Shown here: piece after piece, positions 56,701 to 64,000 of the stretch | Position numbering within the stretch: the first letter of the stretch is position 1 | Layout: every line of letters begins with the position of its first letter | Virus record (IMG/VR): IMGVR_UViG_3300020429_000539 | Location: 396,263 to 460,262 of that record | Direction: 5' to 3' (one strand) | DNA: 64,000 nt | Source of the DNA: a virus | Taxonomy: Duplodnaviria > Heunggongvirae > Uroviricota > Caudoviricetes | Made by a program: the position numbers and the translations under genes | Notes under the pieces: generated by a model | What the model was told of the DNA's origin: nothing | What the model saw: the letters and a program-made list of their open reading frames with translations, nothing else | Database searches by the model: none

Positions 56701-58725
56701 ATGCCTAAGTATCTAGTAATCATTGAAGGCCCTGGTAAGATTAAGAAGGTCTCAGCAGCGCTAGGCAAAGACTATAAAGTAGTTGCCTCTAAGGGGCACT
56801 GCGTTGACCTGCCTGCCAAAGGTAAGAATATATCAGTTAAGAAAGATAAAGCTACTGGTGATTATTCTTTTACGCCAAACTATCAAATTCTCGATGATAA
56901 AAAGGAAATCGTTTCTGACCTTGTAGACTTGGCACAAAAACACCAGACAACTTATTTGATGATGGACCCTGACCGTGAGGGCGAGGCTATTGCTTGGCAT
57001 ATAGCGAATCAGTTGCCTGCGAGTGTTAAGCCGGTTCGAGTAACGACGAACAGCATTACACAGTCAGAGATAGCCAAAGCTCTTAAGAAAACCAGGTCGA
57101 TTGACCAAGACCTAGTGAACAGTTATGAGGCCCGTCGTATTCTTGACCGCCTTGTGGGGTATGAATGTTCATTCTTGACAACACAAGCAACTGGTGGCCG
57201 ATCTGTGGGTCGCGTTCAATCCGCCGCTCTTAGAATTTTGGCTGACCGCGAGAAATCGATTCAGTCATTTGTGCCAGAAGAATACTGGGAGATAAAAGCA
57301 AGCCTGCTCTCCAAGAAAGCCGAAAAACTGGTAGTTGATCTTGTAGACCCTAAAGCAAAGGACATCAAGAATAAAAAAGCAGCGGAGACCATCAAGACCG
57401 CTTTGGAAGGCAATGAGACAGAGGTAACAAAATATGACCAGAAACAGAGAGTTTCTAGACCATACGCTCCATTTACAACCTCTACCATGCAGCAATCGGC
57501 AGTCTCAATACTTGGGCTTTCTCAAAGTCGTGCGATGCGTGCTGCTCAAGGGCTATACGAAGACGGCCATATTACATATCATCGAACGGATTCGATATCG
57601 ATTTCATCAGAGGGTATCAAGAATATCAGAGGCTACATACAGTCAAACTTTACGCCTAACTACTATCCTTCGAAGCCCAATCTCTACAAGACTTCGGCAA
57701 AGAATGCTCAAGAAGCTCACGAAGCTATCCGTCCAACCGATGCCAACGTCGTCGGCGTAGGACGAGATATGGACCAGAAGCGTTTGTATGAGCTTATTTG
57801 GCAGCGCGCTGTATCTTCGCAGATGACTGATTCTGTTTCTAATCAGGTTACAATCCGCTTCGAGACCAAAAAGTATACGCTAGGTGTATCGGGCTCCAGT
57901 CTTGTTTTTGATGGTTGGAAAAAAGTCTGGTCTTATGCGCTGTCTAAAGATGTTCAGCTTCCTGCTCTCAAGGTTGGCGAGAAGCTTGATATATCGAAGG
58001 TGTCAACTGAGCAGAAGTGGACACAGCCCCCGCCCAGATTCTCTGAAGCTTCAATTACGAAAGAGCTAGAGAAGACCGGCATCGGTAGGCCGTCTACTTA
58101 TGAGCAAACGATGCGAACTCTTAAGGACCGCGAATATATTGAACTAACAAAGAAGGCATTCCATGTAACTGATCTAGGGATGCGAGTAAATGATTTTTTG
58201 GTTCGGTCTAATTTCTGCTTCATTGATTTGAAGTTCACCGCTGACATGGAAGACGACCTTGATGAAATCAGCGCTGCTAAGAAGACTAAAGAGAAGGTTC
58301 TTGATCTATTTTACAAACGGCTGATGCAGGACATGGATGTTGGTCGTAAGATGAAAGATACTATTAGTCAGACCACCGTCCCATGCCCTGATTGCTCTAA
58401 GATGCTGTTGAAGAAGTTTGGACGCCAAGGCGAGCCATTCTTTGCTTGTCCAGAACGCAAAGCTTGCGGTTTTACTGCAAATATCGGTAGCGATGGCAAG
58501 CCTGAGAAGAAAGTTCCAAAACAGGTTATTCTTTCTACTCATAAATGCCCTATCTGTGATGAGCTTATGGCAGAGCGGCAGAGCAAATATGGCAAGTTCT
58601 TTGGGTGTTCTAAGTTTCCTAAATGTCGCGGCATGCGCGATGAGAACGGCAAAGAAGTTAAGAAATCTACAGGCAAGAAGAAGTGGTCAAAGAAGACTAA
58701 AAAGAAATCAGCAAAGAAAAAATGA
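56701..58725 (+). CDS. topA: DNA topoisomerase IA
   Basis: LVIIEGPGK, GH..DLP, DPDREGEAIAWH, RRILDRLVG, GRVQS, ITYHRTDS, QEAHEAIRPT, GIGRPSTY, two zinc ribbons, Lys-rich tail; AGGAG SD before 56701. Confidence 0.96.
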   Translation: MPKYLVIIEGPGKIKKVSAALGKDYKVVASKGHCVDLPAKGKNISVKKDKATGDYSFTPNYQILDDKKEIVSDLVDLAQKHQTTYLMMDPDREGEAIAWHIANQLPASVKPVRVTTNSITQSEIAKALKKTRSIDQDLVNSYEARRILDRLVGYECSFLTTQATGGRSVGRVQSAALRILADREKSIQSFVPEEYWEIKASLLSKKAEKLVVDLVDPKAKDIKNKKAAETIKTALEGNETEVTKYDQKQRVSRPYAPFTTSTMQQSAVSILGLSQSRAMRAAQGLYEDGHITYHRTDSISISSEGIKNIRGYIQSNFTPNYYPSKPNLYKTSAKNAQEAHEAIRPTDANVVGVGRDMDQKRLYELIWQRAVSSQMTDSVSNQVTIRFETKKYTLGVSGSSLVFDGWKKVWSYALSKDVQLPALKVGEKLDISKVSTEQKWTQPPPRFSEASITKELEKTGIGRPSTYEQTMRTLKDREYIELTKKAFHVTDLGMRVNDFLVRSNFCFIDLKFTADMEDDLDEISAAKKTKEKVLDLFYKRLMQDMDVGRKMKDTISQTTVPCPDCSKMLLKKFGRQGEPFFACPERKACGFTANIGSDGKPEKKVPKQVILSTHKCPICDELMAERQSKYGKFFGCSKFPKCRGMRDENGKEVKKSTGKKKWSKKTKKKSAKKK

Positions 58726-59000
58726 ATAGAAGAGTATCTAAAAATCTGATACAGGCTGAGCGACTATACAAGAGAGTGTGGCGCGCTGCAAATGAAGCAG
58801 AAGCTACAGAAATCGAAAGCCTAATCCGTATACTTGATTCGCAGTTGACCGTTAACGAGTCAAATCGCATTCCTATGGAAAAACTAAAAGAGTTACTGGA
58901 GAAGATTAGGTCTGAAGAGGTCTCTCTTGATGAACTCGGAGACATGGACCCGAATCAGTTGTTTGAGTTCATAACAGGTGAAAAAGCAGATGAAGAATGA
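58722..59000 (+). CDS. Hypothetical protein
   Basis: 92 aa, ATGA overlap. Confidence 0.55.
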   Translation: MNRRVSKNLIQAERLYKRVWRAANEAEATEIESLIRILDSQLTVNESNRIPMEKLKELLEKIRSEEVSLDELGDMDPNQLFEFITGEKADEE

Positions 59001-59193
59001 AATACGAGGGCTAAAAGCAGGTCGATACTATTCACCTTGTGAAAGCGTCCTCTTGCAGCTAAGAATATCCGATGAGGGTGTAATAGTCGAGATAGCGGAC
59101 TCTGATGCCGATATCTTCTATGCATTTACGATTGATGATGAAGAAGTGATTAAGTTCGAAGTAGACGAACTAGCAGCAACACAAGGAGAATAA
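58990..59193 (+). CDS. Hypothetical protein
   Basis: Short acidic ORF in the operon. Confidence 0.5.
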   Translation: MKNEIRGLKAGRYYSPCESVLLQLRISDEGVIVEIADSDADIFYAFTIDDEEVIKFEVDELAATQGE

Positions 59194-59196
59194 CAG

Positions 59197-59634
59197 ATGC
59201 CGCAGATTGCCCCCAACTACGAAGAGAATCCAGAGATTATCGATATTGCCGATGAGTTGATCACGTTGTATCCCGAGCTATTTGGAGGTACTGACCTGAC
59301 TCGCATCGCTGCGTTCTCGATTACCAATAAAGACCGCAAGGAAGGCAAGCCGATTTGGGAAATCATGCCTGTCAAGGCTCCTGCCAATATCCTTTGCAAC
59401 AAAGACTACATTATCGCTGTTTACTTGAACAGCTATGAGATGCTTGATGATGCGCATAAGGCTGCGATGGTAGCAGATATCCTCTGCACGATTCCCGCCG
59501 AAGGAAAAGGCAAGCTTGTGCCCAAGGATGTTAAAGAGCATGGTGTGATGATTCGCACGCTTGGGGTTGACTTCATGGACAACCCTGATCTTCCTGATAT
59601 CCGCAAGGGTGTAACTGATTGGGTACGAGGCTAA
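59197..59634 (+). CDS. Phage metallopeptidase-like protein (HExxH lost)
   Basis: A.ELI..YP, DYII.V....YE.L...HK.A.VADIL..I......KL...DVKE matches the phage metallopeptidase layout; AAGGAG SD. Confidence 0.6.
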   Translation: MPQIAPNYEENPEIIDIADELITLYPELFGGTDLTRIAAFSITNKDRKEGKPIWEIMPVKAPANILCNKDYIIAVYLNSYEMLDDAHKAAMVADILCTIPAEGKGKLVPKDVKEHGVMIRTLGVDFMDNPDLPDIRKGVTDWVRG

Positions 59635-59646
59635 GGAGAGACATAG

Positions 59647-60072
59647 ATGAAATTTCAGGCTATATCAAGAGACGATTACGGACAGACGGCCATTATTGGT
59701 ACGCATGACACCGTAGAAGGCGCGATTAATCAGTGCCGTGAAGAAGTTACAAATCTGAACTTCTCAAACGCCCTTACAACGGATAATAAGTTCCGTTCTA
59801 TTGAAGCGTTTATGGTTGACATTATTAACGGCGCGGGCGATGTCGAGAGCGATATTGTTTATATGGGTAACATGACCGCTGGACAGCATCAAGCTCTCAA
59901 TGTTAAGACTGGCGAGAAGTCAATGATTGATGATACGACCAAGCTGCGTATCTACATTGGGCGAAATGAGAATCAAGATTTTTACCTTGAGAACTTCAAG
60001 GGCGATCCGGTAGCGACATTGAAGGATGAAAACCTACAGGATAAAACCTATTTCTTTGTCAAGGGGGTATAA
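59647..60072 (+). CDS. Hypothetical protein
   Basis: 141 aa, AAGGAG SD. Confidence 0.65.
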   Translation: MKFQAISRDDYGQTAIIGTHDTVEGAINQCREEVTNLNFSNALTTDNKFRSIEAFMVDIINGAGDVESDIVYMGNMTAGQHQALNVKTGEKSMIDDTTKLRIYIGRNENQDFYLENFKGDPVATLKDENLQDKTYFFVKGV

Positions 60073-60728
60073 TGACCCTAGTTTTAGCTATCTCTGGAAA
60101 GAAGCAGAGCGGCAAAACAACCTGGGTCAATCGCTTTGAAGAGATGTATAAAGGTCATGGTTGGGATGTCCGTTCGTATTCATTTGCAGATCCGTTGAAA
60201 GAATTTCTAATCAACTCAATGGGCCTTGCGTATAGTCAGTGTCATGGCACTGATGAAGAGAAAAACTCTCCAACTATTTATCGTTGGGAAACTTTGCCTG
60301 AAAATATACGCGCAGTCAATGGGAATAAAAGCGGATTGATGTCGGGTCGAGAACTGATGCAGGTATTCGGCACGGATGTTATGAGACAGATGTTTGATGA
60401 TTGTATTTGGGTTAATGCGACATTCCGTTCTATTCGACGGGATAATCCAGACATAGCTCTCATTCCTGATACCCGTTTTCCTTCGGAGTTGCGAGCGATA
60501 TATGCGAATAACGGATATGTTATTCGTCTCACACGCAACGTATACATGCAAGACCGTCACCCTAGTGAAACAGCTTTGGATGATTGGAATTGGACCGAAG
60601 AACCCTCTACGAGTAGCAACTCGTTGTTAGTGCCTGATGGTATGGGCATAGAAGAAACGTGGAAATACACGGGAGCCTTTATTGACCGATTGTTGGTCAT
60701 GCACGGGCTTACCAAGCAGAAGGTATGA
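60072..60728 (+). CDS. Deoxynucleoside monophosphate kinase (T4 gp1-like)
   Basis: ISGKKQSGKTT, SFADPLKE, RELMQVFGTDVMR, IWVN, DTRFP.E, HPSETALD. Confidence 0.88.
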   Translation: MTLVLAISGKKQSGKTTWVNRFEEMYKGHGWDVRSYSFADPLKEFLINSMGLAYSQCHGTDEEKNSPTIYRWETLPENIRAVNGNKSGLMSGRELMQVFGTDVMRQMFDDCIWVNATFRSIRRDNPDIALIPDTRFPSELRAIYANNGYVIRLTRNVYMQDRHPSETALDDWNWTEEPSTSSNSLLVPDGMGIEETWKYTGAFIDRLLVMHGLTKQKV

Positions 60729-60729
60729 C

Positions 60730-61908
60730 ATGAGTAAAGACGCATTCGCCAGAAAGTACCGCCCTAAGAAGCTTGCAGACCTAGTGGGCCAAGAGCATGT
60801 GGTCAAGGTGCTACTGAACTCGCTGAAACAAGACGACTACCATCACGCCTACATCTTTGCGGGTAAGTTTGGTTGTGGCAAAACATCAACTGCTCGCATT
60901 TTTGCGGCTGCCGTCAATAATCCAGGTGGAGCCTCTGCTGAGCCTGATCTTGACTCAGAGCTTGTCAAGAAAATCTTCAATGGCAAGCATCCTGATATCA
61001 AAGAGATCGACGCGGCAGCCAGTGGTAGCATCGATGGCATCCGCGACCTCAAAGAGCAAATTAAGTATGCTCCGATGGAGTGCAAGTATCGCTTCGTCAT
61101 CCTTGACGAGGCCCACAGATTGAGCGGCGCGGCGGCAGAAGCCGCATTGAAGATGATCGAGGAGCCTCCATCAAATGTCATCTTCATTCTTTGCACAACT
61201 GACCCGCAGAAGCTTAAGGACACGATTCATAGTCGCTGCCTGCCTTTGCGATTCAATGCCTTATCTTGGAATCAGTCGTTTCAGCATCTTTGCAAAGTTG
61301 CTGATGCAGAGAAAATTGACTACGAAGAAGCTGCGCTGAAGATTGCAGCACGCAAGAGCAAGGGCTCTGCACGTAATGCGTTGCAGAACCTACAAATGTT
61401 GATCACGTTTGCCGGTGAGGGAAATAAGATCACAACTGAGATTGCTCAACAAGCTCTGTCGGCTATCGATGAGAACTTTTACTTCCATTTGGTCGATGCT
61501 ATAGTGAAACCTGACGCTGGAGAAGCCATGCGTATCGTTGACAAGTTGCTTGCTGACGGACGCGATGTCGGGGAAGTCTTGGATGGTCTCGTTGGACATC
61601 TAAGAAACTTGCTAGTTATTACAACGGCCCCTTCAACTCAGGGTTTGATATACCTGACAGATGATGAGCAGAAACGTTACGTGCATCAAAGAAACAGCCT
61701 TCCGAATGGTCTTGCAGCAGCATTCATTATTGAAGCTCTGGAGAACTTGGCAGAGGCTTCGCGGAGTATTCAGCTAAACCTGAATCCTCAAGTGATGCTT
61801 GAAGGCTTTGTCGTAAAGACAATCATGAGCGCTGCGACTCTGAGGCGAAGGGACACTTCACGGAGTCAGAATACGAATGCCTCAACCCAACCGCAAAAAG
61901 CGGGGTGA
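60730..61908 (+). CDS. dnaX: DNA polymerase III clamp loader gamma/tau (short, gamma-like)
   Basis: ARKYRP..L.DLVGQEHV, HAYIFAG..G.GKTS.AR, EIDAA, ILDEAH.L, LK.IEEPP, TI.SRC. Confidence 0.95.
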   Translation: MSKDAFARKYRPKKLADLVGQEHVVKVLLNSLKQDDYHHAYIFAGKFGCGKTSTARIFAAAVNNPGGASAEPDLDSELVKKIFNGKHPDIKEIDAAASGSIDGIRDLKEQIKYAPMECKYRFVILDEAHRLSGAAAEAALKMIEEPPSNVIFILCTTDPQKLKDTIHSRCLPLRFNALSWNQSFQHLCKVADAEKIDYEEAALKIAARKSKGSARNALQNLQMLITFAGEGNKITTEIAQQALSAIDENFYFHLVDAIVKPDAGEAMRIVDKLLADGRDVGEVLDGLVGHLRNLLVITTAPSTQGLIYLTDDEQKRYVHQRNSLPNGLAAAFIIEALENLAEASRSIQLNLNPQVMLEGFVVKTIMSAATLRRRDTSRSQNTNASTQPQKAG

Positions 61909-62671
61909 GGTCAAGAAAAAAGTAGCCAAGAAGAAGGCAACGACGAAGAAAAAAGCTGAGAAGAAACTCAGCGTTGAAGAACAAGAAGCCGAGCGATGCA
62001 ATGAGCTAATCTTGATCATCCGCGAATCAGATAATCTAAATGAGACCAACGCCGCATTTGAGGAGATAGTCTATAGACTAAAGCCTCGAATACAACGGTT
62101 GGTTAATAGATTCAACATCGCGGGTCTCGGCAATGATGATGTTATGCAGGAGGCGTTATACGCTTTACGATACAAGGCTATCAAGGACTATGATGCTGAA
62201 AGAGGAAACGGTACTGGCTGGTCTCCGTTTGATAAGTTCGCCATTCTTTGTATAAGGCGACACTTATCAACCGAATATAAGGCTAGTTACCAAAACAAGA
62301 AAAGAGTCCTCAATCAGAGCATGTCTCTTGACCATGAAACCCGTACCAGTTCAGATGACGATTTATCATTGATCAATATAGTCGCGTCTGATGATACAAA
62401 CGTTCTAACCAACGTTATGCAAAAGGAGTACTATCGAGACTTGATGGGCAGGTTACTGAAGAGCTTGTCAAGTTTTGAGAAAGAAGTTTTCCTATTGTAT
62501 GCCCAGAGATACTCTTACGAAGAGATTGCAGACAAGATCAACGAAAATCGTGTCAAAGTCAAAGTGAATATCAAGGGAGTTGATAACGCTTTGTCGAGAA
62601 TAAAGAACAAGGCACGAGTCATTTTGATTCAATATGAGCAAAACCAAGTTCCTGATGAAGAAACCGATTAA
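61877..62671 (+). CDS. sigH: SigH-like sigma-70 family factor
   Basis: DDVMQEA, KAIKDYD, F..FA.LCI.R, K..LN.S.SLD, LS.FEKEV..LY...SY.EIA, K.VDNAL.RIK.K closely follow Bacillus/Clostridium SigH. Confidence 0.85.
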   Translation: MPQPNRKKRGEVKKKVAKKKATTKKKAEKKLSVEEQEAERCNELILIIRESDNLNETNAAFEEIVYRLKPRIQRLVNRFNIAGLGNDDVMQEALYALRYKAIKDYDAERGNGTGWSPFDKFAILCIRRHLSTEYKASYQNKKRVLNQSMSLDHETRTSSDDDLSLINIVASDDTNVLTNVMQKEYYRDLMGRLLKSLSSFEKEVFLLYAQRYSYEEIADKINENRVKVKVNIKGVDNALSRIKNKARVILIQYEQNQVPDEETD

Positions 62672-62682
62672 GGAGTACATTG

Positions 62683-63978
62683 ATGAAGTTTAGCGTTCAA
62701 GTGAAAGATTTCGCGAGAGGCTTAGAGCCTGTTATTTCTGTCGCGGTGAAAGGCGTTACCAAAGAATACGAGAACGCTTTCTTCGCCACGCTGATTGTTG
62801 ACGAAAATGGCATCACGGGTGTTGCAGACGGCGGCAAGGTCAGTATCTATGCCGATATTACCAACTCTCGTTTTGACAAGCTGAACTTCAAACATGAAGT
62901 CAGCGGTATTGCTACTGTTAAAGCTGCTGATTTGAAAGCCGTGCTTGCCTCGATTGATGAGAATGAAATCGTCAATGTCGAGATAACTGGTAATGACGAT
63001 GAGGGTCGTGAGCTAATGTTTACGCTTGAGTCGGACCCTGAGCAGTTCCAGACGTTGCCGGTTAACTCCGAGAACATACCTCGTGACCGTTACATCGATG
63101 ATTACATGGAGGCTGTAAGCGACGATGATGGTCTTCAGATTCGTCGTGACCTCTTTGCTTCGGGCGCAAGCGCGTTGACATTTACCCATGGCTTTGAGGA
63201 GTATCGTCCTGCTTATCTCTATTGGGTCATTCGCGCGTCTAAGGATGAGCTACGCTTTGCCTCTGGTAGCGGTGGTCGATTTGCGGTTCTCGAATACATT
63301 GGTCATGACCTTTCGAACGCGACCGACACCACAACCCTTGTTGTTCCCAATGAGCAGACGCAGGTTTTCGTGGACATTGTTGGCAAGGTCAATGATGACA
63401 TGATTACCCTACATAAAACAGACAGGCACCTTGTTCTCAAGACGAACAACTTTATCGCGGTTGCTTCAAACTATGACCCTGAAATTCAGTGGCCTGATCT
63501 TGATGTCTTCCTCAAGAGAGAGAACAAACTGCGACTGACCACGCGAGTTGGAAGCTGGCCGAATGCGGTCAAGGGCCTTGCGGCGACTTATAACGAAGAT
63601 GCCAAGAAGACCTTTGACTATCATGTCGCCAACCTTGATATTGATCTGGCTGGCAATATCATTACCGCTAAGACGACAGGCAGCACGATGCGATCGAAGC
63701 GTAAGATCAACATCGAAGATGCTGAAGTCAAGGATAGCGATTCGATGAGTGCTGTCAATCTCAACTTCCTTTCGAAGTATCTCTTTGAGGCATTCAAGAA
63801 TGCGTCTGATGACGAGCATGTGCAGATTGAGATTGAAAATGAACTGAAGCCTGTTGTTATCCGCTACCACGCCGGTCAGCAGGTTGGTGAGGCTGACGAT
63901 TTCCGCAAGCCCAACGAGTCGTTTGGCGTGGATGAGCGATTTACTGTGTTCTTCGCGACCTTTACCGAAGACGACTAA
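62683..63978 (+). CDS. dnaN: DNA polymerase III beta sliding clamp (divergent, long)
   Basis: MKFSV...F...L..V, G..TV.A..L, LRFASGSGGRFA (cf. ATDGHRL), WPD, F..KYL.EA, I......KPVVI; next to dnaX. Confidence 0.8.
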   Translation: MKFSVQVKDFARGLEPVISVAVKGVTKEYENAFFATLIVDENGITGVADGGKVSIYADITNSRFDKLNFKHEVSGIATVKAADLKAVLASIDENEIVNVEITGNDDEGRELMFTLESDPEQFQTLPVNSENIPRDRYIDDYMEAVSDDDGLQIRRDLFASGASALTFTHGFEEYRPAYLYWVIRASKDELRFASGSGGRFAVLEYIGHDLSNATDTTTLVVPNEQTQVFVDIVGKVNDDMITLHKTDRHLVLKTNNFIAVASNYDPEIQWPDLDVFLKRENKLRLTTRVGSWPNAVKGLAATYNEDAKKTFDYHVANLDIDLAGNIITAKTTGSTMRSKRKINIEDAEVKDSDSMSAVNLNFLSKYLFEAFKNASDDEHVQIEIENELKPVVIRYHAGQQVGEADDFRKPNESFGVDERFTVFFATFTEDD

Positions 63979-64000
63979 GCTAACTCTCTCCTGAGCTAAC

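Noticed and set aside
130-63870. Numerous minus-strand and nested alternative-frame ORFs (e.g. 5507-6238, 10477-11169, 30197-30868)
   Set aside because: They are shadows of well-supported + strand genes and show no recognisable motifs.
1-64000. Alternative genetic code, tRNAs, rRNAs, IS elements, integrase
   Set aside because: Conserved genes translate intact in the standard code with TAA, TGA and TAG all used as stops; intergenic gaps are small, and no cloverleaf, transposase or integrase motifs were seen.
1-64000. Restriction-site avoidance matching the MTases
   Set aside because: Cannot be judged by eye; it needs k-mer observed/expected counts.

Overview
All credible genes in the 64 kb window lie on the + strand, densely packed and often overlapping (ATGA/TAATG junctions). 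The content best fits a large (jumbo/huge) dsDNA bacteriophage, though no structural genes are visible. Replication, recombination and regulatory genes occupy about 1-20.3 kb and 54.6-64 kb. They include four orphan amino-MTases, an intein-less split DnaE, a gp32-type SSB, RecA, a primase core, a Cas4-like nuclease, SpoVS, a Gam/Gp157-like protein, UvrD, TopA, a dNMP kinase, a short DnaX, a SigH-like sigma factor and a beta clamp. Between them sits a ~34 kb, 43-gene glycan-building island (20317-54558). It holds about 14 GT-A/GT-B glycosyltransferases, 7 Maf/DUF115/sialyltransferase-like paralogs, two apparent CMP-ulosonic-acid pathways, 7 SAM methyltransferases, Gmd, Ugd, a sulfotransferase, a carbamoyltransferase and two ParB-like proteins. 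It has no recognisable membrane flippase, polymerase, exporter or initiating transferase, which points to a cytoplasmic target such as virion proteins or DNA. The other main observations are that the DnaE active site is split over two genes with a degenerate duplicated module at the break, and that three DNA methyltransferases end in clamp-binding-like tails. All calls come from motifs read by eye; no database searches were run.
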